NCBI GenBank assembly: GCA_964607155.1
Contig: CAZSIF010000006.1
Location: forward strand, 25,048 to 89,047
DNA length: 64,000 bases
Direction: 5' to 3'
Source of the DNA: an uncultured Oscillospiraceae bacterium
Lineage (GTDB): Bacteria > Bacillota > Clostridia > Christensenellales > CAG-314
Shown here: positions 47,338 through 56,813 of the stretch, in pieces
How positions within the stretch are numbered: the stretch's first letter is position 1
Layout: every line of letters begins with the position of its first letter
Notes under the pieces: generated by a model
What the model saw: the letters and a program-made list of their open reading frames with translations, nothing else
Told to the model about the DNA's origin: nothing
Database searches by the model: none
Made by a program: the position numbers and the translations under genes

Positions 47338-50139
47338 ATGAAAGAAATAATAGTAAAACACGCAAAAGAGAATAATCTTAAAAACGTAAGCGTTGCCATT
47401 CCTCGTGATAAGCTGGTGGTTTTTACGGGGCTTTCGGGCAGTGGCAAATCATCGCTGGCATTTGATACGATTTTTGCCGAAGGGCAGCGCAGGTATATGG
47501 AAAGCCTATCCTCGTATGCAAGGCAATTTTTGGGATTGATGGAAAAGCCAGATGTGGAAAGTATCGAGGGGCTTTCTCCTGCAATATCCATTGACCAAAA
47601 AACAACAAGCTCCAATCCTCGTTCCACCGTCGGCACGGTTACGGAAATTTACGATTATTTGCGTTTGTTGTACGCCCGTATCGGCACACCGTACTGTCCG
47701 CATTGCGGTTTGGAAATCAAAAAGACGACGGTTGACCAAATTTGCGATAGAATAATGCAGTATCCGCTTGGCACAAAGTTGCAAATTCTTGCGCCGGTAG
47801 TGCGTGGAAAAAAAGGCGAGTACGCAAAACTGTTCGACCAATTGCGCCGTCAGGGGTATGCTCGGATTATCGTGGACGGAAACGGCTACACGTTGGACGA
47901 GGAAATTAAATTAGAAAAAAACATCAAGCACAACATCAGCGTTGTGGTGGACAGAATTGTTGTCAAGCAGGAAATTAGCACTCGTTTGGCGGATAGTGTG
48001 GAAACTGCACTTAAACTTTCGGACGGTTTGGTTGTTGTGTTGGATGGTCAAAACGAAACGTTGTTTTCCGATAAATTTGCCTGTCCGCAATGTGGTTTTA
48101 CCTTGGAAGAAATGGAACCACGCAGTTTTTCGTTCAACAGTCCGTTTGGCGCATGCTCGGAGTGTTCCGGCTTGGGCTTTAAGCAGGAGTTTGACGAGCG
48201 CCTGATTTTGCCCGACGACAGCAAAACTTTGCACGAAGGCGCGGTGCGATTGCTTGGCTTTAATCTTGGCGCGGCAAGTTGGATGCGCACGTTGTTTGAC
48301 GCCCTTGCGGAAAAGTACGGTTTTTCGTGCGATGTGCCCGTTAGGGAGCTTTCGCCTGCGGCGTACAAAACCATTATGTACGGCAACGGCGGCGAGACGT
48401 TAACTTGCTACTTGGATAACGGCAGAAGCTTTAACACCACTTGGGAAGGTATAATCCCAATGATGACGCGTCGACATGCGGAGTGCAAAAGCGATTGGAC
48501 GCGTGCCGAGTACGAAAAATTTATGGTGGACAAGCCCTGTGCCAAGTGTGGCGGTAAGCGGCTTAAAGAGGAAATTTTATCCGTCAAAATCGGCGGCATG
48601 AATATTTGGGAAATCGGCGAGCTTTCCATAACATCGCTGCTTGCCTTTTTTGACGAACTTTGTTTGGACGACACAAAAGCCAAAATTGCCGCAATGGTAA
48701 TCAAGGAAATAAAAGCTCGTTTGCGTTTTTTGGTAGATGTCGGGTTGGGGTATCTGACGTTGAACAGGGCGGCAGGTACGCTTTCCGGCGGCGAGGCGCA
48801 ACGCATTCGTTTGGCAACGCAAATAGGCAGCGGACTTACTGGCGTGTTGTATATCTTGGACGAGCCAAGCATCGGTTTGCATCAACGAGATAACGCCAAG
48901 CTGATAGCAACGTTAACCAAGCTGCGTGACGCAGGCAATACACTAATTGTTGTGGAGCACGATGAAGATACAATCCGTGCGGCAGATTTTGTTGTGGACG
49001 TTGGACCGCAAGCGGGCATTCACGGCGGCGAAATTGTTTGCGCGGGTACGGTTGAAGATATTATCAACTGTCCGCAATCGATAACCGGCAAGTACCTTTC
49101 TGGCGAGTTGCGCATTGCTGTTCCCACTGAACGTAGGCAAGGTAACGGAAAATACCTTACCGTTAGGGGCGCACGCAAGAATAATCTTAAAAATATCAAC
49201 GTAAGCTTCCATTTGGGGTGTTTAACGGTCGTTACAGGTGTGTCCGGCAGCGGAAAAAGCAGTTTAGTCAACGAGGTATTGCTGCCGTATTTGTCGGAAA
49301 AGCTTAACAGAGCAAAACCGCAAAGCGTAGAGTGCGATGGCATTGACGGCGTTGAATATTTGGATAAAGTGATAGCCATCGACCAAAGCGCAATAGGGCG
49401 CACTCCGCGTAGTAATCCTGCCACATACACCGGCGTTTTTACTATGATACGAGATTTGTTTGCCGCAACGGTGGACGCAAAGGAGCGCGGATACCAATCC
49501 GGTCGTTTTAGCTTTAACGTTAAGGGCGGCAGGTGCGAGCATTGCGACGGTGACGGTATTTTGAAAATAGCAATGAACTTTTTGCCCGACGTGTATGTTC
49601 CGTGTGAAGTGTGCCACGGGGCGCGTTATAATCGTGAAACGCTTGCGGTAAAGTACAAAGGCAAATCCATTGCCGATGTGTTGGATATGACGGTTGAAGA
49701 AGCCGTGGGATTTTTTGAAAACATATCGTCGATACGCAACAAAATACAGACCTTGTACGACGTTGGTTTGGGATATATCAAGTTGGGGCAATCTGCAACA
49801 ACGCTTTCTGGCGGAGAGGCACAACGTGTTAAGTTGGCAACGGAATTGTCCAAACGCAGCACCGGCAAAACGCTGTATATTTTGGACGAGCCTACCACCG
49901 GCTTGCACACACACGACGTCGCTAAACTTATAACCATTTTGCAAAGGCTTGTTTCAGCAGGAAATACCGTTATTGTTATCGAACATAATTTGGACGTGAT
50001 AAAGGTTGCGGATAACATTGTTGACCTTGGTCCGGAAGGTGGCGACGGCGGTGGTACTGTTTTGGCTGTCGGCACGCCGGAGCATATTGCAGATGTCGAG
50101 CAAAGCTACACCGGACAGTTTTTGAAAAACGTGCTGTAA
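47338..50139 (+). CDS. uvrA: Excinuclease ABC subunit A
   Basis: Two ABC modules ([14 protein letters not shown] and [11 protein letters not shown]), zinc-finger CxxC pairs and LSGGEAQR signatures. I chose the ATG at 47338. Confidence 0.97.
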   Translation: MKEIIVKHAKENNLKNVSVAIPRDKLVVFTGLSGSGKSSLAFDTIFAEGQRRYMESLSSYARQFLGLMEKPDVESIEGLSPAISIDQKTTSSNPRSTVGTVTEIYDYLRLLYARIGTPYCPHCGLEIKKTTVDQICDRIMQYPLGTKLQILAPVVRGKKGEYAKLFDQLRRQGYARIIVDGNGYTLDEEIKLEKNIKHNISVVVDRIVVKQEISTRLADSVETALKLSDGLVVVLDGQNETLFSDKFACPQCGFTLEEMEPRSFSFNSPFGACSECSGLGFKQEFDERLILPDDSKTLHEGAVRLLGFNLGAASWMRTLFDALAEKYGFSCDVPVRELSPAAYKTIMYGNGGETLTCYLDNGRSFNTTWEGIIPMMTRRHAECKSDWTRAEYEKFMVDKPCAKCGGKRLKEEILSVKIGGMNIWEIGELSITSLLAFFDELCLDDTKAKIAAMVIKEIKARLRFLVDVGLGYLTLNRAAGTLSGGEAQRIRLATQIGSGLTGVLYILDEPSIGLHQRDNAKLIATLTKLRDAGNTLIVVEHDEDTIRAADFVVDVGPQAGIHGGEIVCAGTVEDIINCPQSITGKYLSGELRIAVPTERRQGNGKYLTVRGARKNNLKNINVSFHLGCLTVVTGVSGSGKSSLVNEVLLPYLSEKLNRAKPQSVECDGIDGVEYLDKVIAIDQSAIGRTPRSNPATYTGVFTMIRDLFAATVDAKERGYQSGRFSFNVKGGRCEHCDGDGILKIAMNFLPDVYVPCEVCHGARYNRETLAVKYKGKSIADVLDMTVEEAVGFFENISSIRNKIQTLYDVGLGYIKLGQSATTLSGGEAQRVKLATELSKRSTGKTLYILDEPTTGLHTHDVAKLITILQRLVSAGNTVIVIEHNLDVIKVADNIVDLGPEGGDGGGTVLAVGTPEHIADVEQSYTGQFLKNVL

Positions 50140-50247
50140 CCAATGGTAGCGCAGCAAAAAAATCGTTCGTTATATTACGTTTTTTGATTGTGTTGTAAAG
50201 TGGCGCATTGTGCAAAATCGAAAGGAAATCTTAATAAAAAACTTAAA

Positions 50248-50284
50248 GGCACTCCCTGCTATAATATGCAAGGAGTGCCTTTTG
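50248..50284 (+). terminator. Intrinsic terminator of uvrA
   Basis: GGCACTCC / GGAGTGCC stem followed by TTTT. Confidence 0.75.
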
Positions 50285-50456
50285 CGTTGACGTGATGAAT
50301 GTAATTTGACGTGTGCCGCCCTTAGATTCTGCTCGGGGTGAACCCTCGCACTGCTACGCAGTTCGACTTCGCTGCGCTCCGCTCAGAATGACATTTGGGG
50401 CGGAGCCGATTGATCAATTGATTTTCTTATAACCATTATATATATCAAAAAGCACG

Positions 50457-50492
50457 GATGGATTGTCCTATCCGTGCTTTTTAAGGCTGTTA
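50457..50492. terminator. Bidirectional hairpin terminator (serves the araC-family gene on the minus strand)
   Basis: AGCACGGAT / ATCCGTGCT 9-bp stem flanked by an A-run and a T-run. Confidence 0.6.
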
Positions 50493-50557
50493 ATTGGCGC
50501 TATTTTCGATGTTATGCTTCGAGAAACCTTTTTGCAAGCGGCAATGCTTTCGCCTAA

Positions 50558-51424
50558 TCATGGCTCTGTACCCCCCCCCGTTTGACGTCTAAATTGTCCC
50601 GGAGAAACGCCGTATCTGTTTTTGAAGTTTGCGCTGAATTGCGAAAGCTTTGCGTAGCCGACAAGTTGGCAAACTTCAATAACCTTTATGTCCGTACTTC
50701 TTAGCAGGTTGGCGGCATATTGCAGTTTGTAGCTTACCAAATATTGATGAGGTGTAACGCCAAAGTGCTGTTTGAACAGTCGCAGCAGCTGCATACGGCT
50801 ATAGTCCAAGCTGGCGCAAAGGTCGTCCACGTTGTACGACAAAAAATCTTTTTTATCCATCAAGCGTATCAGTCGTGCCTGAAATGTGGATTTTTGTTGA
50901 GATAACTCGTGCAAAAAATGTCCGTAAAAGCGTTGCAGCAACAGCAAAACGGCGGAGCACACCAAATCGTTGTATTTTTTGTATTGCGAGCTTGCCAGCA
51001 GGTTTAGTTGGTGAATTATTTCGTCAATTTCGTCCACGATATATGGCATCAAAGCGAGGCTTTTTTGTTTCGCTTGCACAAGCTGCTGCCAAAAATCAGG
51101 CGATATGGCATCTGCAAGTTGCTTTAAGGTTGCCTCTCTCACAGCAAGGTTAATGTAGCGTATCTGTTGACTGCGTTTTTTCAGGTAGTGTTCGTCGTCT
51201 GTGGTGGAGTAAAAAACGATATTTTTTTCGTAAACCTGTTCCGTGCCGTTGGATACGTTGCCCAATTTGCCGTCGGTAATCACGGTGAACTCCCAATAAT
51301 CGACATGTCCGTGGGGGATGGGGAAATCGAAGGTGTTAACGTGATAGGTGTACGAAATTTGCTCCATGTCGCTCATCAGTACATACGCATTACTGTTGTT
51401 AAGTGAAAAAGAATAGCGTTCCAT
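50558..51424 (-). CDS. AraC family transcriptional regulator
   Basis: C-terminal double HTH (LCASLDYSRMQLLRLFKQHFGVTPHQYL...IEVCQLVGYAKLSQFSANFKNRYGVSPGQF). I chose the ATG at 51424 after AAGGAG. It is divergent from the GH130 gene. Confidence 0.8.
   Translation of the reverse strand: MERYSFSLNNSNAYVLMSDMEQISYTYHVNTFDFPIPHGHVDYWEFTVITDGKLGNVSNGTEQVYEKNIVFYSTTDDEHYLKKRSQQIRYINLAVREATLKQLADAISPDFWQQLVQAKQKSLALMPYIVDEIDEIIHQLNLLASSQYKKYNDLVCSAVLLLLQRFYGHFLHELSQQKSTFQARLIRLMDKKDFLSYNVDDLCASLDYSRMQLLRLFKQHFGVTPHQYLVSYKLQYAANLLRSTDIKVIEVCQLVGYAKLSQFSANFKNRYGVSPGQFRRQTGGGTEP
50571..50579 (-). repeat. G9 (C9 on the plus strand) homopolymer inside the last codons of the araC-family gene
   Basis: It encodes the GGG of ...RRQTGGGTEP*. 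A length change alters only the C-terminal tail: +1 gives an approximately 25-aa extension and -1 gives a 6-aa alternative tail. Confidence 0.9.
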
Positions 51425-51626
51425 CTGTTGTTGCTCCTTATCCCGACGGCGTTGCGACAGTCGAGTTTTAGTAGGCATATTGTACGATAACAAAATCAAA
51501 ATTGCAACAATTTGACGAAAAAAGTTACAAAAAAAGATTTTTGTGTTGTATTTGGGTATAGAAAACCGAATGCCTCGTTTGATATAATTTTTTTTAGAAA
51601 GTTATTCGAGTGAGGTTGATTTCCAT

Positions 51627-52646
51627 ATGAGGTTTCAAAAATATATTGAAAATCCTATTTTCAAGCCAAACCCAAAGAACGCTTGGGAAAGTTTTTGCGT
51701 ACTTAATCCTGCCGTCATTTACGACAACAAAAGCAATCGCTTTGTAATGCTATATAGGGCAGCTGGGGACGATATTAAACATAAAATTCGCTTGGGCTTA
51801 GCAATCAGCGAGGACGGCGTGCATTTTACACGCCAAAGCGATGAACCTGCGTTTGACGCGCTGGACTACGAACCGGACGGCGGTTGCATCGAGGATCCCC
51901 GTATGGTGGAAATCGGCGGTCGTTTTTATATAACCTATGCGGCAAGGGCTTTTGCTCCCGGTCGTTATTGGTTGCCGCCGGAGGAGCACAAGGCGGAGCG
52001 TTCGGCTTGGGTTAAACCGCAACCGGACGATGCTCCCATGTTTATCAAGGCTAACCATACGGTCACATATCTTGCTTATACCGACGATTTTATAACATAC
52101 AAAAAGCTTGGCAGAATTACCGATAGCCGCAACGACGACCGCGACGTTGTAATATTCCCTCGTGCCGTAAACGGTAAATACGTTCGCATTTCTCGTCCGG
52201 AAATTAACGGCGAAAAATCGATGTATATTGCCTATTCCGACGATTTGATAGAGTGGGGCGAAAGGAAGCTGTTGTATCGTGCCACCACGGAGTGGGAAGG
52301 CGTTCGACTTGGGGCAGGTTGTCCGCCCGTCGAAACGGACGAAGGCTGGTTGCTTATCTACCACGGCGTTGATTTGCAAGCGGAGATATATCGAGTGGGC
52401 GTAATGTTGCTGGCCAAAAACGATCCGTCAAAAGTATTGGCTCGCACAAAATCTTTTGTTATGGAGCCGGAGTTCGATTACGAAACAAGCGGTTTGTACA
52501 ACGGATGTGTGTTCCCGACGGGCGTTGTGGAGCGTGACGGCGTGTTGTATGTTTATTACGGATGCGCGGATAAATATATTTCGCTTGCTACTGTTAAAAC
52601 GGCGGACGTACTTGCCGAGCTTAGAAAAAGCGAAAATAGGCTGTAA
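51627..52646 (+). CDS. GH130 family glycoside phosphorylase/hydrolase (beta-mannoside specific family)
   Basis: ENPIFKPNPKNAWES..VLNPAVIYD...F.MLYRA, a five-bladed propeller pattern, IEDPRMVEIGGRFYITY and 339 aa. Confidence 0.8.
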   Translation: MRFQKYIENPIFKPNPKNAWESFCVLNPAVIYDNKSNRFVMLYRAAGDDIKHKIRLGLAISEDGVHFTRQSDEPAFDALDYEPDGGCIEDPRMVEIGGRFYITYAARAFAPGRYWLPPEEHKAERSAWVKPQPDDAPMFIKANHTVTYLAYTDDFITYKKLGRITDSRNDDRDVVIFPRAVNGKYVRISRPEINGEKSMYIAYSDDLIEWGERKLLYRATTEWEGVRLGAGCPPVETDEGWLLIYHGVDLQAEIYRVGVMLLAKNDPSKVLARTKSFVMEPEFDYETSGLYNGCVFPTGVVERDGVLYVYYGCADKYISLATVKTADVLAELRKSENRL

Positions 52647-52666
52647 CTGCAAAAAATCCCCCAAAT

Positions 52667-52710
52667 GATGTGAATCCCAAAAGTTGGACGCTTTTGGAGG
52701 TGCATATCAC
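52667..52710 (+). repeat. Copy B of the recurrent hairpin motif
   Basis: Sequence GATGTGAATCCCAAAAGTTGGACGCTTTTGGAGGTGCATATCAC, located 20 nt after the GH130 stop. Confidence 0.7.
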
Positions 52711-52803
52711 AAATGAAGTTATTTATTCTATGAGCAATTTTGGGAGTACGTTTCAGTGCGCGCGTTTGCGTGAAATGCAGACATTTATTGCCCATACTAA
52801 AGC

Positions 52804-52836
52804 GTGGCGGTAGCTTTGCCTTGGTGTGGCGGTAGC
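52804..52836 (+). promoter_or_regulatory. Direct repeat GTGGCGGTAGC x2 at 22-bp spacing (candidate activator site)
   Basis: Exact 11-mers at 52804-52814 and 52826-52836, each followed by (GC)TTTGC(C/G), in the GH130-SBP intergenic region. Confidence 0.35.
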
Positions 52837-52888
52837 GCTTTGCGGTTGTAACGGCATTTCTAAGTTTTTCTTAGGACGTTTGGACCGT

Positions 52889-52933
52889 GATGCGAAACCA
52901 AAAGTCCAGATACCTTTTGGGAGTGCATTTCAC
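52889..52933 (+). repeat. Copy C of the recurrent hairpin motif (more diverged)
   Basis: Sequence GATGCGAAACCAAAAGTCCAGATACCTTTTGGGAGTGCATTTCAC, located 175 nt upstream of the SBP start. Confidence 0.6.
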
Positions 52934-53108
52934 TGTCAATGACGGCAGTATTTTGCTCGTTGCAAGCAGGCTGTATGAAAGGCTGATAACGCAGATTATA
53001 TTAAAGGTTAATAACGGCATTTGCCGAAAATATGTAACAAACAAGCATTTGTGGGCACGCCTCGGCATTGGAGTGCAGCCCATTATCAAAAACAACAAGG
53101 AGTGTAAT

Positions 53109-54872
53109 ATGAAAAAGACTATCGAAAGAATTGTCGCAGTTGTTTTGCTACTGGTTCTTATGGCAACGTTTTTTGTTGCCTGCGACCGTAGCGAAGTCGA
53201 AGCCAAAAATGACATCGTAAAAAAGGATAATACCAAAACGCAACTGTACGTCCAGTACGTTAACGGCGGTTTCGGGCGCACTTGGCTGGATAATCTGATT
53301 GCCGAGTTCGAGGAAATGTACAAGGATGTTTCATTCGAAACGGGCAAAAAGGGCGTTCAGGTAATGAAGAATTTTACTAAAAATGTAGTGAACGTGCAAA
53401 ATATGAAGGGCGATGTTAACAACGTGTATTTGATGGAGGACACAAATTATTACGATTTTATTGCAAAAAACACGTTGCTTGATATTACCGATATTGTAAC
53501 ATCCGGCGCAATCACGTCGCTGGACGCAAGCGGTAACGCAATAAGAGAAACTGCCACAATCGAAAGTAAAATTCCGGATACTTACAAGAGCTTTTTCAAT
53601 GTGAATACGGACGGCACTTCCAAGTATTACGGCTTGCCCTTGTTTGAAACAGCAATCAATATTGTGTACAACAAGGACGTTTTTGAGGAGCAGTATCTGT
53701 ATATGCGGAGCGGCGCGTCTGCCGACGACTTTACAGAAGAGGATTTTGCCGATAGCAATAAGATTACGGCACTGTTTGCTTTTAACGAAAGTCAAGGTAA
53801 ATCCAACGGTCCGGACGGTATTGCAGGCACAAGCGACGACGGTTTGCCTGCAACCTATGCGGACTTCCGCGCGCTGCTTATCCACATGAAAACGATGGGC
53901 GTTACTCCGTTTGTGTGGAACGGCTACGAAACGGGCTACCTTACGGGACTTATCAACGATATGTGGGCAAACAATGTCGGCGCAGAGCAAATGATGCTCA
54001 ACTTTACTCTCGAGGGTACGGCAAAAGCTAACACACTTGTTCAGTTGGATAACGACGGCAATATTATGTACAACGACGACGGCAGCGTTAAGCTTATCGA
54101 CCACGACGTTGAAATTACCGCTGATAATGCATATATGCTACATCAGCAAAAGGGCAAGTTGGACGCACTTGAGTTTGCCGGTCTGATTATGTCTGACGAG
54201 GAAAACTACTATTCGAGCTCCTTCGATAGCGGTTTTAAGCACACTAACGCGCAGGATATTTTCCTTAATCCCGATAGCTACAACTCGCAACCGATAGCCT
54301 TCCTTGTTGAAGGCGGCTGGTGGTACAAGGAAATGGACCAGCGCGGTGTATTCAAAACGGAAGCGGAGCGTCTTTCGTACAACTATGCGATTTTGCCGTT
54401 GCCCAAATCGGACGCGTCACACATCGGCGAGCCTGATACAAAAGTGAGCGACCGCAAGAGTATGATATTTATCAATAACTATATTGACGAGGCTATCATC
54501 CCCTTGGCAAAGGCGTTTGTAAGCTTTTTGCAAAACGACCATGCGCTGCAAACTTACACCCGCTACACGGACGCTTTCCGCGCGATGAACTACACGCTTA
54601 CCGAGGAAACTTACAACGCACTTAGCCCGTTTGGTAAATGCGTTAGCGCAATGCGCGATAGCACAAGCGTAACAATGATGCCTTGGGCGCCCATGAGCGT
54701 AACGGCGCGTAAAAACGTAAATTACTTGGGCTACCGTACCTACGGTTTTAGTGCGTATGGCGGTAGCGTGCCCATGATTGTGTTAAAGGACAATGCTAAA
54801 AACGGCGTTACTTACGAGGACTACTTTGAAGCAATCATCAAGTCGGCAAAGGCAACAACCTTGTCCAAGTAA
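53109..54872 (+). CDS. ABC transporter extracellular solute-binding lipoprotein (large, LplA/YtcQ-like)
   Basis: Signal peptide with lipobox FVAC, 587 aa, and a family-1 SBP pattern. I chose the ATG at 53109 after AAGGAG. Confidence 0.8.
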   Translation: MKKTIERIVAVVLLLVLMATFFVACDRSEVEAKNDIVKKDNTKTQLYVQYVNGGFGRTWLDNLIAEFEEMYKDVSFETGKKGVQVMKNFTKNVVNVQNMKGDVNNVYLMEDTNYYDFIAKNTLLDITDIVTSGAITSLDASGNAIRETATIESKIPDTYKSFFNVNTDGTSKYYGLPLFETAINIVYNKDVFEEQYLYMRSGASADDFTEEDFADSNKITALFAFNESQGKSNGPDGIAGTSDDGLPATYADFRALLIHMKTMGVTPFVWNGYETGYLTGLINDMWANNVGAEQMMLNFTLEGTAKANTLVQLDNDGNIMYNDDGSVKLIDHDVEITADNAYMLHQQKGKLDALEFAGLIMSDEENYYSSSFDSGFKHTNAQDIFLNPDSYNSQPIAFLVEGGWWYKEMDQRGVFKTEAERLSYNYAILPLPKSDASHIGEPDTKVSDRKSMIFINNYIDEAIIPLAKAFVSFLQNDHALQTYTRYTDAFRAMNYTLTEETYNALSPFGKCVSAMRDSTSVTMMPWAPMSVTARKNVNYLGYRTYGFSAYGGSVPMIVLKDNAKNGVTYEDYFEAIIKSAKATTLSK

Positions 54873-54992
54873 CTCAGTCGTTTAAATAACTCAAATGAAT
54901 AAAAGCGTCGCGGTTACTCTTTTGTGGCTGCGGCGGCAGGCGGAGGAGCGGTCAAAAGCGGCTGCTCTCCGTTGGCATAATCGGAGCATGTT

Positions 54993-55904
54993 ATGGTAAA
55001 AAAATCTAAGGGCGGGGCAATCAAACGTAGCGGAAAAGTCTTCTTTTACACGATGATTGCGCTCCCCGTCATACAATTTTTGATATTCTACGTCTACGTT
55101 AACTTTAACAGCTTTTTGATGGGTTTTCAAAACTATGACGACAGCACGGGACAAGCCGTTATCACTTGGACGTTTGATAACTTTAAAAAGTTGTTTTCCG
55201 ATACGGTAATGGCGGATTTGCGTGTTTGTTTGAAAAATTCGTTGATTTATTTTGGCGTGTTTTTGGCTAACATTCCCGTTTCGCTGTTATTTTCGTACTA
55301 TATCTACAAAAAGTATAAGGGCTCGGAGTTTTTCAAGATAATTCTGTTTTTGCCCAGCATCGTGTGCGTTTCCGCGTTGGCAATATTCTACAGATATTTT
55401 GTTAACAACGGCATTGGCGACATTATCGGTACGGGGGCACTTATCGGCCCTGACTACAAGGACGGACAGCAGTTGGTATTGATACTGTTTTATGCACTGC
55501 TCAATCTGTCAAGCAACATTTTGCTGTACATCAATGCCTTTTCACGCGTGTCAGATTCGGTAGTGGAGGCTGCGGAGGTGGACGGCGCAAACGAGTGGCA
55601 GGTGTTTTTGCACGTTATCGTGCCGGAGATATACGGTTCGCTTGTGTCAATATTGGTTATCGCAATCGGCGGCATAGCAACCAATCAGGCGTGTTTGTTC
55701 CTGTTCTTTGGCGGCGGTGCAAATCCGCAGTATCAAACGATAGGTTACTATCTGTTCTGCTTGGTGCAGAATGACGGTTCCGGCGGTCTTGAACAAAAGT
55801 ATCGCTTTGCTGCGGCGTTAGGCTTGTTCCTTACGTTGATTGTGGCTCCAGTCACGATAATTATCCGTAGGCTGCTGTTAAAGCACGGCCCGAGTGAGGA
55901 TTAG
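54993..55904 (+). CDS. Carbohydrate ABC transporter permease (LplB/MalF-like)
   Basis: Six TM helices and an EAA-like loop (VVEAAEVDGANEWQVFLHVIVP). Confidence 0.85.
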   Translation: MVKKSKGGAIKRSGKVFFYTMIALPVIQFLIFYVYVNFNSFLMGFQNYDDSTGQAVITWTFDNFKKLFSDTVMADLRVCLKNSLIYFGVFLANIPVSLLFSYYIYKKYKGSEFFKIILFLPSIVCVSALAIFYRYFVNNGIGDIIGTGALIGPDYKDGQQLVLILFYALLNLSSNILLYINAFSRVSDSVVEAAEVDGANEWQVFLHVIVPEIYGSLVSILVIAIGGIATNQACLFLFFGGGANPQYQTIGYYLFCLVQNDGSGGLEQKYRFAAALGLFLTLIVAPVTIIIRRLLLKHGPSED

Positions 55905-55913
55905 GAGGTGCGC

Positions 55914-56813
55914 ATGAAAACACAACTGAATTGTAACAAAAAGCGTCGTCCCAAACCTTTACAGGGCATAACGTTTGTTTTGCTGTGCGTGTATTGTGCC
56001 ACGGTGATCATACTGTTTTTGTGGTCGTTGGTTTCATCATTTAAGTCGGAAATCGATATTATCACAAACCCATTCGGCTTGGACGCGTCTTGGTCGATTG
56101 AAAGCTGGACTAACGTGTTCAACAAGCTTGCCTCAACCAAGTGGATTGACGGTGAAAAATACAACGTGTTTTTTGAGGAGATGTTCCTTAACTCCGTGCT
56201 ATACTCCGTTGGAAGTTCGTTTTTGATGACCTTTTGTACGGCAATTATGGCATATTGTACCAGCAAGTACAAGGGACCGGTAAGTACCGTTATCTACTAC
56301 ACCGTGCTTGTAACGATAATTTTCCCCGTGGTGGGTAATTTGGCAAGCATGCTTGAAGTAACAAAGGCACTGGGATTTTACGACAGCATATTGGGTTTAT
56401 GTCTTATGCGGTTTGGCTTTAACAATATCTACTATTTCATTTTCTATGCCGCATTTGAAAAAATTTCGTGGGACTATGCCGAGGCTGCCTTTATCGATGG
56501 CGCAAGCCACTTCAAGGTGTTTTTCAAGGTGATGTTGCCGCTGGTCGCAAACTTGTTTGGCACCGTGTTCATTTTGAACTTTATCGGCGCATGGAACGAC
56601 TTTGAAACGGCATATATGTTCTTGCCAAATCACCCGACCGTATCTGTCATTTTGTACGCCGTGGTGGTATCAGGCGGCTCACTGATTATTCATCCGGACG
56701 CGCCCATGCAAATATCCACGGCATTCATGGTATTTTTGCCGATTTTGCTGTTGTTTATCGGCTTTAAGGATAAAATCATGTCTAATTTAACCGAAGGAGG
56801 AATCAAAGGGTAA
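55914..56813 (+). CDS. Carbohydrate ABC transporter permease (LplC/MalG-like)
   Basis: Six TM helices and an EAA-like loop (YAEAAFIDGASHFKVFFKVMLP). I chose the ATG at 55914, 5 nt after AGGAGG. Confidence 0.85.
   Translation: MKTQLNCNKKRRPKPLQGITFVLLCVYCATVIILFLWSLVSSFKSEIDIITNPFGLDASWSIESWTNVFNKLASTKWIDGEKYNVFFEEMFLNSVLYSVGSSFLMTFCTAIMAYCTSKYKGPVSTVIYYTVLVTIIFPVVGNLASMLEVTKALGFYDSILGLCLMRFGFNNIYYFIFYAAFEKISWDYAEAAFIDGASHFKVFFKVMLPLVANLFGTVFILNFIGAWNDFETAYMFLPNHPTVSVILYAVVVSGGSLIIHPDAPMQISTAFMVFLPILLLFIGFKDKIMSNLTEGGIKG

Noticed and set aside
50560-50600. The C9/G9 tract at 50571 considered as a promoter-spacer tract like the other two.
   Set aside because: The flanking hexamers (TCAAAC / TACAGA on the minus strand) are not promoter-like, and the tract lies inside the araC-family coding sequence.
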